Part shown: positions 25,709 through 37,484 of the stretch, piece by piece
Numbering within the stretch: the first letter of the stretch is position 1
Layout: the number at the start of each line of letters is the position of its first letter
DNA from: Eledone cirrhosa
Taxonomy: Eukaryota
Length of the DNA stretch: 64,000 nucleotides
Assembly (NCBI GenBank): GCA_964016885.1
Contig: OZ024740.1
Span: 294,004,001 to 294,068,000, forward strand
Direction of reading: 5' to 3'
Notes under the pieces: generated by a model
What the model was told of the DNA's origin: nothing
The model's database searches: none
The model's input: the letters and a program-made list of their open reading frames with translations, nothing else
Made by a program: the position numbers and the translations under genes

Positions 25709-27140
25709 CCCTTTAGTATTTACATTACTCTATATACAAGGGGGGATCAAAAAGTTCGCGGAATTTTTCAGAAAATAATCTATTTTTCCAAAAATATGAT
25801 TTACCTTCAATTTATTTTTCTACAGAGTTGCCATCCAGATCAATACACTTCACAAGGCGATGCTTCCAGCTTCGTAAGCCGTCTCTAAAGAAAGTTGAAG
25901 GCCTTGTTCGAAGCCATGTGTTGGCAGTGTTTTTAGCTTCTTCAACACCACTAAAACGGGTTCCTTTTAGCATTTCCTTGAGTTTTGGAAAGAGGAAAAA
26001 GTCTGATGGGACTAAATCTATAAGGCGGGTGAGAAAGCACTTCCCATTGAAATTCTCGAAGAACTTCTTTTGCAACCCGCGCAGAATGCGCTGGTGCATT
26101 GTCATGGTGAAACAAGATCCCACCATGAAGTTTCCCTTTTCATTTCTTCACTAAAACATTTGCATAGTAAGCTCCTGTCACAGTTCTTTGACCTTCAAGA
26201 TAATCTATTAGTATCACCCCATCTGAATCCCAGAAAATGGTGGCCATCACTTTTTGATCCGATTTTTGAGATTTGAACTTGATTGGCCCCAATGATCCAC
26301 GTGGAAGCCACTGTTTTGACTGCTGTTTGGATTCAGGATCATACTGGTAGATCCAGGTTTCATCTCCGGTGATGATTTTGGTCAGGAAATGCTCTTCATC
26401 AACTTCAATTTTGTTTAATATTGCCAAAGACAGATCACTTCGAAGAATCAGCTGATGAGGGCGCAACGCTTTTGGGACCCATCGCGCTGAGAGCTTGCTT
26501 AGTCCAAAATTATCATGCAGAATTGAATTTGCCAAACCATATGAAATGTCTAGGGACTTAGCTAACTGATTAACTGTTATTCTTTGATCTTCTTCAATTA
26601 AAGTCTGAGCAGCCTCAACGTTTTGGTCATTTTTTGATGTCCTGGTCTTCCACTGCGATGGTCGTCTTCAAGGTCGTCTCTCCCTTGTTTGAATCGCTGA
26701 ATCCACTTGTAGACAGCAGTTTTCTTTGGAGTAGTAGTATCGTAAACTTTAACTAAAGCCTCCATAATCTGTGTCCCTTTCCATTTGAGTTTCACCAGAA
26801 ACTTGATATTCGATCTTATCTCAAAATAACTATTTTCCATTGTTCCAAAAAGAGTGTCAGTACTGTAAAATAGTCCGCGCATAACTGACTGCAAGTGACT
26901 AATAGCAAGGTAAACACCCAGTGACAATGTTCTGACATGTTTAATATTGTTTTAACCTGATTTTTTTCTTGCTACGATAAAATTCCGCAAACTTTTTGAT
27001 CCCCCCTCGTATACTACTGTATTTTCACAGTAAAAGCTTTACCTCACATAATTATATCACATAATCTACGAGATTTTGTTATATATTTTGAGAACAATAC
27101 CTTAATGTCAATATGAGCAGCCAGTTACAATGCTAAAGGG
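25709..27140. mobile_element. TTAA MITE family A carrying a nested mariner
   Basis: TTAA|CCCTTTAGTATT ... AATGCTAAAGGG|TTAA. Confidence 0.8.
25737..27009 (-). mobile_element. Full-length (1273 bp) mariner transposon with frameshifted transposase
   Basis: About 31-bp TIRs CAAGGGGGGATCAAAAAGTTCGCGGAATTTT (2 mismatches), TA flanks; ORF pieces with HTH, WVPKAL, ITGDETWIYQYDPESKQQSKQW, DLVPSDFFLF. Confidence 0.93.
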
Positions 27141-27144
27141 TTAA

Positions 27145-27373
27145 CCTTTTTGTGACCATATTTCTAACAAAAATATATTGCTTTGTATTTATATTATTAA
27201 AATAATCAATGATTATGAGAGGTTTTGTGAAGTAACTTTCAAAGTGGTAATAAAGAATAATACCTACTTACTGAAATCTAATTAGCTGTCATGTGATAAT
27301 TAGATTTCAGTCCAATAGTTAAATTTAAACACGTTAAATATAGCCAGTTTTGGACAGGTTGGTGTTTAAAGGG
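27145..27373. mobile_element. TTAA MITE family B
   Basis: Shares TTAA 27141-27144 with the family A element; ends AAAGGG|TTAA. Confidence 0.65.
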
Positions 27374-27459
27374 TTAAAGAAAATAAGAAACAAGTGGGGC
27401 TATTTTCAATATCTAACCTCTCCCACTGCCATTATAATCTGAAGAATATTTGATCTAAT

Positions 27460-27652
27460 ATTGGTTTCTGATTTAGGCACAATGCCAACAATTTTGGGGA
27501 AAGGGAAAGTCGATTAAATAAATCCCATGCATTACTGGTACAAGGCAAAGCTAATCTTGAGAGGATTTGAACTTAGATCGTAAAGGGGCGAAACCCTATG
27601 CCATAAAGCATGTTGACCAATGCTCTACCGATACTGCCAATCCACCACCCTT
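27460..27652 (-). mobile_element. tRNA/Meta-like SINE
   Basis: Reverse complement of the 2330-2550 family. Confidence 0.7.
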
Positions 27653-28043
27653 GTTTGATCCAATATTAATAAAGAAAAAAATTAATGTCAGTATTTGAAT
27701 ACATTTTGCACTGCTACCTATTATAGCCACTAATATCTGAAAGATGGTAGTATAAAATATTAGACTTAGTGATCTACCAAGTCATCAGTTTCTGTAGAAA
27801 GTTTGAAAAATCTTGTAGTAAGCTGATAGGCAGTAGTTGTTAAACTTATAATTATAAGAGGTGTTAATTGTATATTTAAATAACAGAAAGGAGCGGGGGG
27901 GGGGGGGGACTTGGTTTTTCCAAGAAAAATATCAGTAGTTAATTAACATCCTTCTTTATCCAAGCAAGAGAGAGACAACTCTGAATGTTTGGGCCTTACT
28001 AGGCTTTGTCTGTAACAGTATATCCTTCAACATTGCTTGTTGG

Positions 28044-28388
28044 TCATCATCATCATCATTTTATTTTACGTCCGCTTTTTCCCTGCTTGCAAGGGTGGGA
28101 CGGTAACTGATTTTGGCTTGATTTCTACAGCTGGATGCCCTTCCTAACACCAACCTCATTTACAGTGAGTGCTGGGTGCTTTTTTTGCTGTGGCACCTAC
28201 ACAACCACTTTGCAGTGGAATGATATGGACCCCAGTCCCTATCATCTCATTTCTACAGCTGAGTAAACTGGAGCAATGTGAAATAAAGTGTCTTGCTCAA
28301 GGAAACAACACATCACCCGGTCTGAGAATTGAACTCACAACCTTTCGATTGCAAGGCGAATGCTCTAACCACTAAGCCATGTGCCTCC
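28044..28388 (-). mobile_element. Young tRNA-CORE-RTE-tail SINE, inverted relative to 19088 and 22989
   Basis: Reverse complement match over about 330 bp. Confidence 0.85.
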
Positions 28389-29467
28389 ATTGGTATTATA
28401 GTAAATGTTATTTGAACTACCACAACCAACAGCCACAGGTAACAAAAGGCCTGGTTTTAACTTCTATAAATAAATCAAAGATCCTTCAGCTGAACTTATC
28501 AATAACTTCCGTATCTGATGCTTTAAAGTTCAAATGTTACAATAATTTATTTATAGTCAAGAACTGAGTCATTGGAAAATACACAAGATATAAATCTTGT
28601 ACTATAAATTCACTAATACATTTTAAATAGAGCCATGTTCAACCAGCTCAGAATTTAGAAAGGAACAAATCTTAGATAAAAGCTTCCACAATGTAAGTAT
28701 TTTAACTAACTAGGTCCTTTACGATGCCAATAACTGCAAATTATAATTGAACTGTATTTGAAAGTCTAGAGTTTAAAAGTTCTACAGGATACAAGGAAAT
28801 AATATTCTGAATGAAGCCTGGTTTAGATTCTATGCTAAAGCCTATTATTCCCATTTAGTCCTTTGCCACCATGGTCCTCTCCTGCATACTTGATCCTTTC
28901 TCACCTTTGTCTCTCCCTCATTCACATCCTTAACTCCCTCTTCCTCAACATACTATATCAAAATGGAAAGCCCCTCCAAAGTACTATACCAGATGCCATT
29001 TCCTCGTGCTTTCTCTCTCCCCCCACCAACCCAACACATACTCTCTCCCCACTCCCCCACAACTTGCACCACCAAATTAATCCTTGAATTCCCTGTTCCT
29101 TGCCCAGCCATACCAGCCAGGAAAAGTTGAGCACACCTGACAATACCTAAGGTGTCACTTACTGTAAGGCTACCCCCCCCCCCTCGCTCCATGGACTAGC
29201 AACAGGTAGCCTGCACTCCACTCTCATCACTTTCCTGCCAGCCTAACTAAGGATACAAGTGCCCTAGTGTTGAAATGTGGTAGTGCTGGTTCAACAATAA
29301 AATGAGTTCAAAATGCAAATGAGCAAGACACATTCATCTGACCTGACTAGTCTCAGAACATGACAACCTGTCTAACTTATGCAAGTATGGGAAATAGATG
29401 TAAAATGGTGATGATGATAATATATACACACATACACACTTATCCTTATTATGGGTAACTGGTGAGA

Positions 29468-29571
29468 CTTGTTACTCTGGAGTATCACCTATGTACTCAC
29501 AAGATCATCAGACAAGACTTTTCTTGTCTGACGATTCTCTGAGTATACAGGTGAAACTCCAGACTATCATG
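29468..29571. ncRNA. Back-to-back inverted pair of type-I hammerhead-like motifs
   Basis: Minus: CTTGT-CTGATGA-stem II-GATA-CTC-CA-GAG-TA-ACAAG; plus: CTTGT-CTGACGA-stem II-GAAA-CTC-CA-GAC-TA; about 42-bp palindromic arms. Confidence 0.6.
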
Positions 29572-30028
29572 GCTCATCATTTAGTCATAATAAAGAAAAT
29601 TATTAAACTCTACTTCGGTATTGAGAACTCATTCTTGCATATGTCAACATCACATGGATATATATTGGATATATTATATGCAAACATATTTATATATATA
29701 TATATAAATTAATTATATGCAGTCTTTGTTACACACTCTGTATTTATGAATATATAACTTTATTATACACTTTGGCTGCTTGCGCACTTCCTACTAAATA
29801 TCTTAATTACCAACACGTGTGCAATTATATGCAAATTAGTACACCCATTTCAGAATGATACTAGGAGCAAATGGGTTATATGAGGTTTGTCCCAAAAGTA
29901 AGGGAACTGATGTTTTAGTTAAATATATATTACACATACATGAAATTACAACAGAGAAGGTGTGGTAAGATACCAGGTGGACCATGACACATCAAAGTAA
30001 TCGATACTTAGGGTAGTAGAGTGGGTAG

Positions 30029-30176
30029 TAGGAAAAGACTCAGGACCCCAACGGCCGAGCTCCGGTCGTTTCGACAACTAGATCCGAACTAAGCCACCAC
30101 TATACTGGTGGCATAGTTCAGATCTTGCTGTCGAAACGGCCGGAGCTCGGCCATCGGGATCCTGACTCTTTTCCTA
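30029..30176. repeat. GC-rich 148-bp fold-back hairpin (palindromic MITE-like)
   Basis: 71-bp arms with 9 mismatches and a 6-nt loop CTATAC; TA at both ends. Confidence 0.85.
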
Positions 30177-30181
30177 TATAC

Positions 30182-30237
<56 letters not shown>

Positions 30238-30328
30238 GTCAAGTTGTAGCTCTTTGTGTTTTCTTTTGTTTATCTTTGTTAATTTCTTGTAAAGTATTCT
30301 AAAAGACATCCCAGAAATATGACAATCA

Positions 30329-31650
30329 ACATGTAGAGGATGGTAAACTTTAGAACTGTCATAAAACTACATGTTAGAGGATGGTAAACTGTGTAGTGCA
30401 GTAATGTTGCTACATGTAGAGGATGGTAAACTGTGTAGTACAGTAAGGATGCTACATGTAGAGGATGGTAAACTGTGTAGTACAGTAATGATGCTACATG
30501 TAGAGGATGGTAAACTGTGTAGTACAGTAATGATGCTACATGTAGAAGATGGTAAACTGTAGTACAGTAATGATGCTACATGTAGAGGATGGTAAACTAT
30601 GTAGTACAGTAGTGATGCTACATGTAGAGGGTGGTAAACTGTGTAGTACAGTAATGATGCTACATGTAGAAGATGGTAAACTGTAGTACAGTAATGTTGC
30701 TACATGTAGAGGATGGTAAACTGTGTAGTACAGTAATGATGCTACATGTAGAGGATGGTAAACTGTGTAGTACAGTAATGTTGCTATATGTAGAGGATGG
30801 TAAACTATGTAGTACAGTAGTGATGCTACATGTAGAGGGTGGTAAACTGTAGTACAGTAATGTTGCTACATGTAGAAGATGGTAAACTGTAGTACAGTAA
30901 TGTTGCTATATGTAGAGGATGGTAAACTGTGTAGTACAGTAGTGATGCTACATGTAGAGGGTGGTAAACTGTAGTACAGTAATGTTGCTACATGTAGAAG
31001 ATGGTAAACTGTAGTACAGTAATGATGCTACATGTAGAGGATGGTAAACTGTGTAGTACAGTAATGATGCTACATGTAGAGGATGGTAAACTGTGTAGTA
31101 CAGTAATGATGCTACATGTAGAAGATGGTAAACTGTAGTACAGTAATGTTGCTATATGTAGAGGATGGTAAACTGTGTAGTACAGTAATGATGCTACATG
31201 TAGAGGGTGGTAAACTGTGTAGTACAGTAATGATGCTACATGTAGAGGGTGGTAAACTGTGTAGTACAGTAATGTTGCTATATGTAGAGGATGGTAAACT
31301 GTGTAGTACAGTAATGATGCTATATGTAGAGGATGGTAAACTGTGTAGTACAGTAATGATGCTACATGTAGAGGGTGGTAAACTGTAGTACAGTAATGTT
31401 GCTATATGTAAGAGAATGGTAAATTGTGTAGTACAGTAATGATGCTACATGTAGAGGATGGTAAACTGTGTAGTACAGTAATGATGCTACATGTAGAAGA
31501 TTGTAAACTGTGTAGTACAGTAATGATGCTACATGTAGAAGATTGTAAACTGTGTAGTACAGTAATGATGCTACGTGTAGAAGATGGTAAACTGTGTAGT
31601 ACAGTAATGATGCTACATGTAAAGGATGATGCTACATGTAAAGGATGATG
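30329..31650. repeat. 42/40-bp minisatellite, about 31 copies
   Basis: GCTACATGTAGAGGATGGTAAACTG(TG)TAGTACAGTAATGAT. Confidence 0.95.
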
Positions 31651-31867
31651 CTACACTGCCACATGTTAAGTTCAATCTCAGTAAACAGTTATTGATAAGA
31701 TTGATCAATAAATATACTTATAATGTTTCATTACGTCACCTCCAGCACTCACCATCCCTTCTATAGTTGAAATTCAGGTCATAAGTAGCCAGCAATATGG
31801 TAACCAGTATAGAATCTTAGTAATAATTCTGCTGCTGCTGGTCATGATGATGATGATAGTGGTAATA

Positions 31868-32385
31868 ATAATAATTGTTTCTACTTTTGGCACAAGGCCA
31901 GCAATTACCCAGTGCATTACTGGTACTTTATTTTATCGACCCCGTAAGGATGAAAAGCAAAGTTAACCTCGGTGGGATTTGAACTCAGAATGGCAAGGGC
32001 CATAACTCTATGCGTCAAAGCATGGCGTCCGACCCTCTACCGATACTGCCAATTATAATAATTGTTTCTACTTTTGGCACAAGGCCAGCAATTACCCAGT
32101 ACATTACTGGTACTTTATTTTATCGACCTCGTAATGATGAAAGGCAAAGTTAACCTCAGCGGGATTTGAACTCAGATCGTAAAGGGACGTTACTGTGCTG
32201 GAAAGCATGTCTGACCCTCTACCGATACTGCCAATTCACCGCCTATTATAATAATTGTTTCTACTTTAGGCACAAGGCCAGCAATTACCCAGTACATTAC
32301 TGGTACTTTATTTTATCGACCCCGTAAGGATGAAAGGCAAAGTTAACTTCGGCGGGATTTGAACTCAGATTGTAAAGGGACGTAA
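31868..32385 (-). mobile_element. Tandem trimer of an internally deleted tRNA/Meta-like SINE
   Basis: Three head-to-tail units each starting ATAATTGTTTCTACTTT.GGCACAAGGCCAGCAATTACCCAGT. Confidence 0.85.
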
Positions 32386-32401
32386 ATAATGATAGTAGTA
32401 T

Positions 32402-33170
32402 ATCATCATCATCACCATTTTATGTCCATTCTTCCACGCTAGCATGGGTTAGACAAGTTGTCCTGTTGTGGGCAATGCCAGGTCAGGTGATCATGTCTTG
32501 CTCATACAGAACTGATTTTAGCCTGGTTTCTACAGTTGGATGCCCTTCCTAACACCAACCTCATTTACAGTAAGTACTGGATGATTTTTACCGTGGCACT
32601 TACACGACCACTTTACAATGTGGACTGGAGATTTTTTGTTGACACCTACATGACCACTTTACAGTGGGAAGGGGGTGGGGGCATATTGTCTATACGCTTC
32701 AGCTTTGGCTTGTACCTGTGGGAAGTTGGGTCTTCTGTATTACTGCTTAACGCCAGAGGTCACGGTCCTGTGTCATTGCCTTTGAGAGGTGCAATTGGGC
32801 AAGATCAGCTTTTATCACCTCATCCCAGGTCTTCTTGGGTCTCCCCACTCCAAGCTTTCCATCGACTTTTAGCGCTCTGCACCTTTTTATGCAGCTTTCA
32901 TCCTTCATACGCATCACATGTCCATACCAGTGTAATATCCTCTCCTGCACACAGCATTTGACTTCTCTTACGCCTAGTCTCTCTCTCAATTCGTTTATGC
33001 TTTGCCGTTCACGGATATTACTATTTCCCATCCATTGGAGCATGCAAGCTTCATTTCTTTCTAATCCACGCAAGTCTTCTGCACACAATGCCCAGGTCTC
33101 ACTACCATGCAACATTGCTGTTCGTATGCACACATACAGTCTACCTTTCATTTTGAGGGAAAATACTTTT
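32402..33170 (-). mobile_element. RTE LINE 3' end with 3' UTR and (GAT)n tail
   Basis: ORF 32747-33151 LHGSETW..WYGHVMRM..GRPKKTWDEVI; same family as 1-990. Confidence 0.9.
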
Positions 33171-34859
33171 GTTATAATAACATTAATATCAAAGCCAACA
33201 AATGAGCCCCTATGTAGTTGCTAAAACAGCTAGAAATAGTATCCAAATCTCCTTCAATCCACATCCCACCATCTTAATCCTTTAGTAACTAATCTGACCA
33301 AAATCAGCCCTGGTTCTATAGAATAAAGCCACTCATTTTAAAGGTTTCCAATTTAGATTAAAATTTTCCAACATAATTTTATATAAGAACCTTATATTAC
33401 ATTACTATCTTAGTAATGAAATAATTAATAATTTTAGGAAATCCATGAAAATTATTCATTACATAATTAAAACATTGATGTAATGTGCTTGGAAAAAAAA
33501 AGAAGGGTTGGATATTCAGAGCTGAAAGGTCTTTTATGAGAGTTGACCTGAATATATAAACATCATCACCATCAACATCATTTAATGACATTTTCCCTGC
33601 TAGCAAGGATCAAATGGGACAAACAATAACCACAATGACAGTAATAATAGTATCATTACTGTGTAATGTCACTGATAGCACTGTAGTTGAGAAAGATGGA
33701 TATTTTTCATTTGTGATTCACTACTTGATATTTCAGATTGTACAAAACAGAATTTCAAGATTTGGGTCTTCAACAATATCTTATCTACAATTGAAACTTT
33801 TGTTGGTGTTTGAGGGGCTTTTTTTTTTCTCTCTTTCTTTCCACTGAATGATGAATCAGAGAGTGCTTTCAGGATCAAAGAGAACCACATAGATGTAAGG
33901 GGTATACGGAGAGCAAGGAGGGAAAAATGAAAGAAAGAAGGAAGGAAGGAAAGAAAGAATTATTGAATGAATGAAATAAAAAAAAAAAAGAATGGAAGGG
34001 TGAGAGGTATTTAAAATGGAGTACAGGACTGTCTCCTTGTTTAGTAATATGAAAGACTGGGCAGAGAAGTGAGCCAATATGAAAGACAATAATGGTTGAC
34101 AGTAAAGCTCTAAATTTATGATAGAAACAGGAGGTCTGTATAGCCAAAAATAACTATCAAAATAAAATAATTTAATAAGAGGTCAATGTCAACTGCTGAC
34201 TATGAAATCTAAATAATGAAACCATTAGCTCACTCATTTCAAACAGCTACCTTCTCACTAAGTTGGAATATATCCAGGCATGATTAGCCTGGTATCTATA
34301 TCTATTAGGTAATAAACCAATGCTACCACATCAATACAGAAAATAAATGGCATAAACATGCACTAAATCTGGTTTGTTGGCATGGAGTTGCTCACCAACC
34401 ATTCCAATCTCAAGGCCCTAGATATGTTGTCTGCTTTTCTCTAGCATTCTCAGTGACATTTGCTCTTTTGAACTAGCAGACATAGTCTCACTCATTTTTT
34501 TCCTAGCATTGCTATAGTGACACCTGTTCCTTCAAAATGGTTGGTTGGTCATGTATTACATGACCTAAGCCTATCCAATTCCTTTGTACCTCATGCTCCT
34601 CTCAACATAATACTGGACAAACTCCCACCTTCTCAGATCCTGCACAAACAACTTTTCCTTAGAATGTTATCTCTCAGGAATTCCTCTCTGTCCAGGTAAT
34701 TCCTGCCATCATTGACTTACAATTATTCAGTCACATGGATGTCACCTGCCTTGGAAGGACTGAAGAGGCCTTGGGCAAAATTCCTGCCTCAAAATCAAAC
34801 CATCAAAACAAAAACAACAAATATTCTAAGACATACCTGTCCAAAATGAAATTCACATA

Positions 34860-34935
34860 CTCTTGGGTCCCAAATAATAGGGGGGGGGGGGGGAATAAGC
34901 AAGGAGGTGGGAGAAGATTATTCGAGACCCGAGAG
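34860..34935. mobile_element. 76-bp mini-MITE (TA-flanked)
   Basis: TA|CTCTTGGGTCCCAAATAAT ... ATTATTCGAGACCCGAGAG|TA. Confidence 0.65.
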
Positions 34936-36589
34936 TATATCATAATCAAAGGCTTTAAGGAAAACACGTACACTGGTAATACAGTCATCTAAAGCGCTTC
35001 AGACATCACTTAGAAACATGTTGAAAAGTTTTCAGAATGAAAGGAGTTTGAAACATTAGATGTGAGAATAAAAATGATATCAAAGATATCAAAAATATCC
35101 ATCAGTTCCAAAGATGGGTCCTCCATCAGTTCCAATGATATCCATTCAGTAAACTTATCTTAACAAAGCTTCTTACATAAAATTACAATGGAAGCTTTCT
35201 AGATAAATATAAAACACTTTATAATAAACAGTTTCATAGCAGAGGGTGTTTCAGGCAGTTTGGTATTGAAAAAGAGTTTTCTACAAACCCTTAACTAAAT
35301 CCCAAAGCTGAATCAGTGTGTATTATACATTATATGAACACACACACAAATATATGCATATATTCTAGTTTCTAGTTCCGTAACTCCTGAGTGGGTCGTA
35401 GGGGCACCACAGTGACATACAGCGTTTCTAGGGTATTTTTTAAAACCTGGTGGAACCCATCGCCTCTCCAGGTTTGAATACAGATTTCTTCCAAAGAAGG
35501 ATAGAGAGAATGAGACAATGGAAGTAAGAAAGAATCAACTCTAGTATAAGACTGGTACATTTTTATCGACCTTGAATTGATGAAAGAGTACATATATATA
35601 TTCTCACACTTCAAAGTGGTTATGAAGGTGTCATGACAAATAGCACCAGCCCACATTGTAAAGTGGCCGTATAGGTGTCACGACAAAAACCACCCAGTAC
35701 ACACTGTAAATGTGGTTGGTGTTAGGAAGAACATCCAGCCGTAGAAACCAAACCAGAACCAGTTCTGTATGAGCAAGACACGCTCACCTGACTCGACTTG
35801 CCTCAAATGGGACAACTTGTCTAACCCATGTTAGCGTGGAAAATAGACGCTAAACGATTATGATGATATATATATATATATATATAATCATCATCATCAT
35901 CGTTTAACGTCTATCTTCCATGATGATGATGTATATATATATATATTGTTTATTAATTTACTGGTTTCAGTCATTGGACTGTAGCCAAACTGAGGCACCA
36001 ACTTCAAATGTTTAGCTGATCATATCAACCTGAGTATTTATATTCAAGACTGGTTTTGGCAAAACTACTTTTATTATCAAAATATGAAGATTAAATGAAA
36101 AAATGGTGGGTCTTTAAATACTTTCATTACTGAATGTAAAGATTATATTTTAAAATATAACACGTTGATTTGTTCCTTACATCATCATCATCATCATCAT
36201 TGTTTAATGCCTGTTTTTTATGTTTGTGTGAGTTGAATGGCCTGTCACATTCTGAGGCTAGACAGGTCAGATAACTGTATCTTGTTCATACTTTGGCATA
36301 GTGTCTACAGCTGGATGCCTTTCCTAATGCCAACTACTTCATGCCATATACCAGGTTTGTTTACTCTTTGCACCACCACTACCATCTGACAGGGTGGACT
36401 GGATAATTTTGTCGTAGTACCAGCACTACCATTTTACAGTGTGGGCTGGATGCTTTTTTTCGTGGTACCAGCAGTGTTACTTTACAGTGTGGCTGGATGC
36501 TTTTTTCATGATACCAGCAGTACCACTTTACAGCATGGGCTAAATGTATTTTATTGTGGCTCTCTCTCTCTATATATATATATATATAT

Positions 36590-37190
36590 GAACAACAAAA
36601 CAAACGAATTGCGAGCGAAACTGGGCATAAGAGGGATCAGATGCAGTGTGCAGAAGAGGAAAATGTGTCGGTATGGACATATGATGTGTATGAAAGATGA
36701 CAGCTGAATAAAAAGGTGCTGGTGGCTCAAGGTTGATAGAAGCTATGGTGTAGGAAGACCTAGAAAGACTTGGGATGAGGTGATAAAAGCTGACCTTGCA
36801 CAATTACACCTCTCAAAAGCAATGACACAGGAACAAGATCTCTGATGTTATGCAATAATACAAAGTCCCGTCTTCCCATGTGCACAGGTTGAAGCATACA
36901 TTTAATAAGCACCACTTTCTCCTCCCATGTCCTCAACCCTAGATGTACCTCTCCAATCCCCATGCACCTCCTCCACACCAGCTCCCAGTCCACACTGTAA
37001 AGTGGTTGTGTGTCACAGTCAACACTGTAAATGTGGCAGGGATTAAGAAGGGCATCCAGCTGTAGAAACCAAGCCAGGAACAGTTCTGTATGAGCAAGAC
37101 ATGGCCATCTGATCTGGCTTGACCCACAATGGGAAAACTCATCTAACCAATGCTAGCATGGAAAAATGGATGTTAAATGATAATGACGAT
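36590..37190 (+). mobile_element. 5'-truncated RTE LINE 3' end
   Basis: ELRAKLGIRGIRCSVQ..YGHMM..GRPRKTWDEVI, 3' UTR and GAT tail. Confidence 0.85.
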
Positions 37191-37310
37191 GATAAATATA
37201 TTTATATATATATGTGTGTGTGTGTGTTGGAATTTCGTATTTCTAAAGAAATACGGTATGTTTATAAATAAACATTTAGAAAGCCATAGCTATGCAAAAA
37301 CACTGGCAGC

Positions 37311-37329
37311 TATCGCCCCCTGGCGGTGT
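37311..37329 (-). promoter_or_regulatory. CTCF-like motif
   Basis: Minus strand ACACCGCCAGGGGGCGATA resembles the CCRSYAGRKGGC core. Confidence 0.45.
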
Positions 37330-37350
37330 CCAGCAGCAGCAAGGGGGACA

Positions 37351-37394
37351 ATCGTTGATGCATTTTAAACTGAACTGGTTCTCATCAGGATGAT
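37351..37394 (-). ncRNA. CpG-decayed minimal type-I hammerhead motif
   Basis: ATCATC-CTGATGA-GAAC-CAGTTCA-GTTT-AAAA-TGCA-TC-AACGAT; palindromic stem III ATGCAT. Confidence 0.5.
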
Positions 37395-37434
37395 CCTCCC
37401 GTTCTTGCAACTGCTGGACTTTGAAAACAAGCGA

Positions 37435-37484
<50 letters not shown>

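Noticed and set aside
30128-30170. GAAAC-stem-UH segment in the hairpin as a hammerhead
   Set aside because: No CUGANGA in any permutation (nearest is CTGACTC/CTGAGTC)
30329-31650. CRISPR-like regular arrays (also 7171, 15343, 17209)
   Set aside because: No unique spacers and no cas genes; these are eukaryotic minisatellites
34831-34840. Strong minus-strand donor CAG|GTATGT (and ATG|GTGAGT near 31750)
   Set aside because: No convincing matching acceptor or reading frame found
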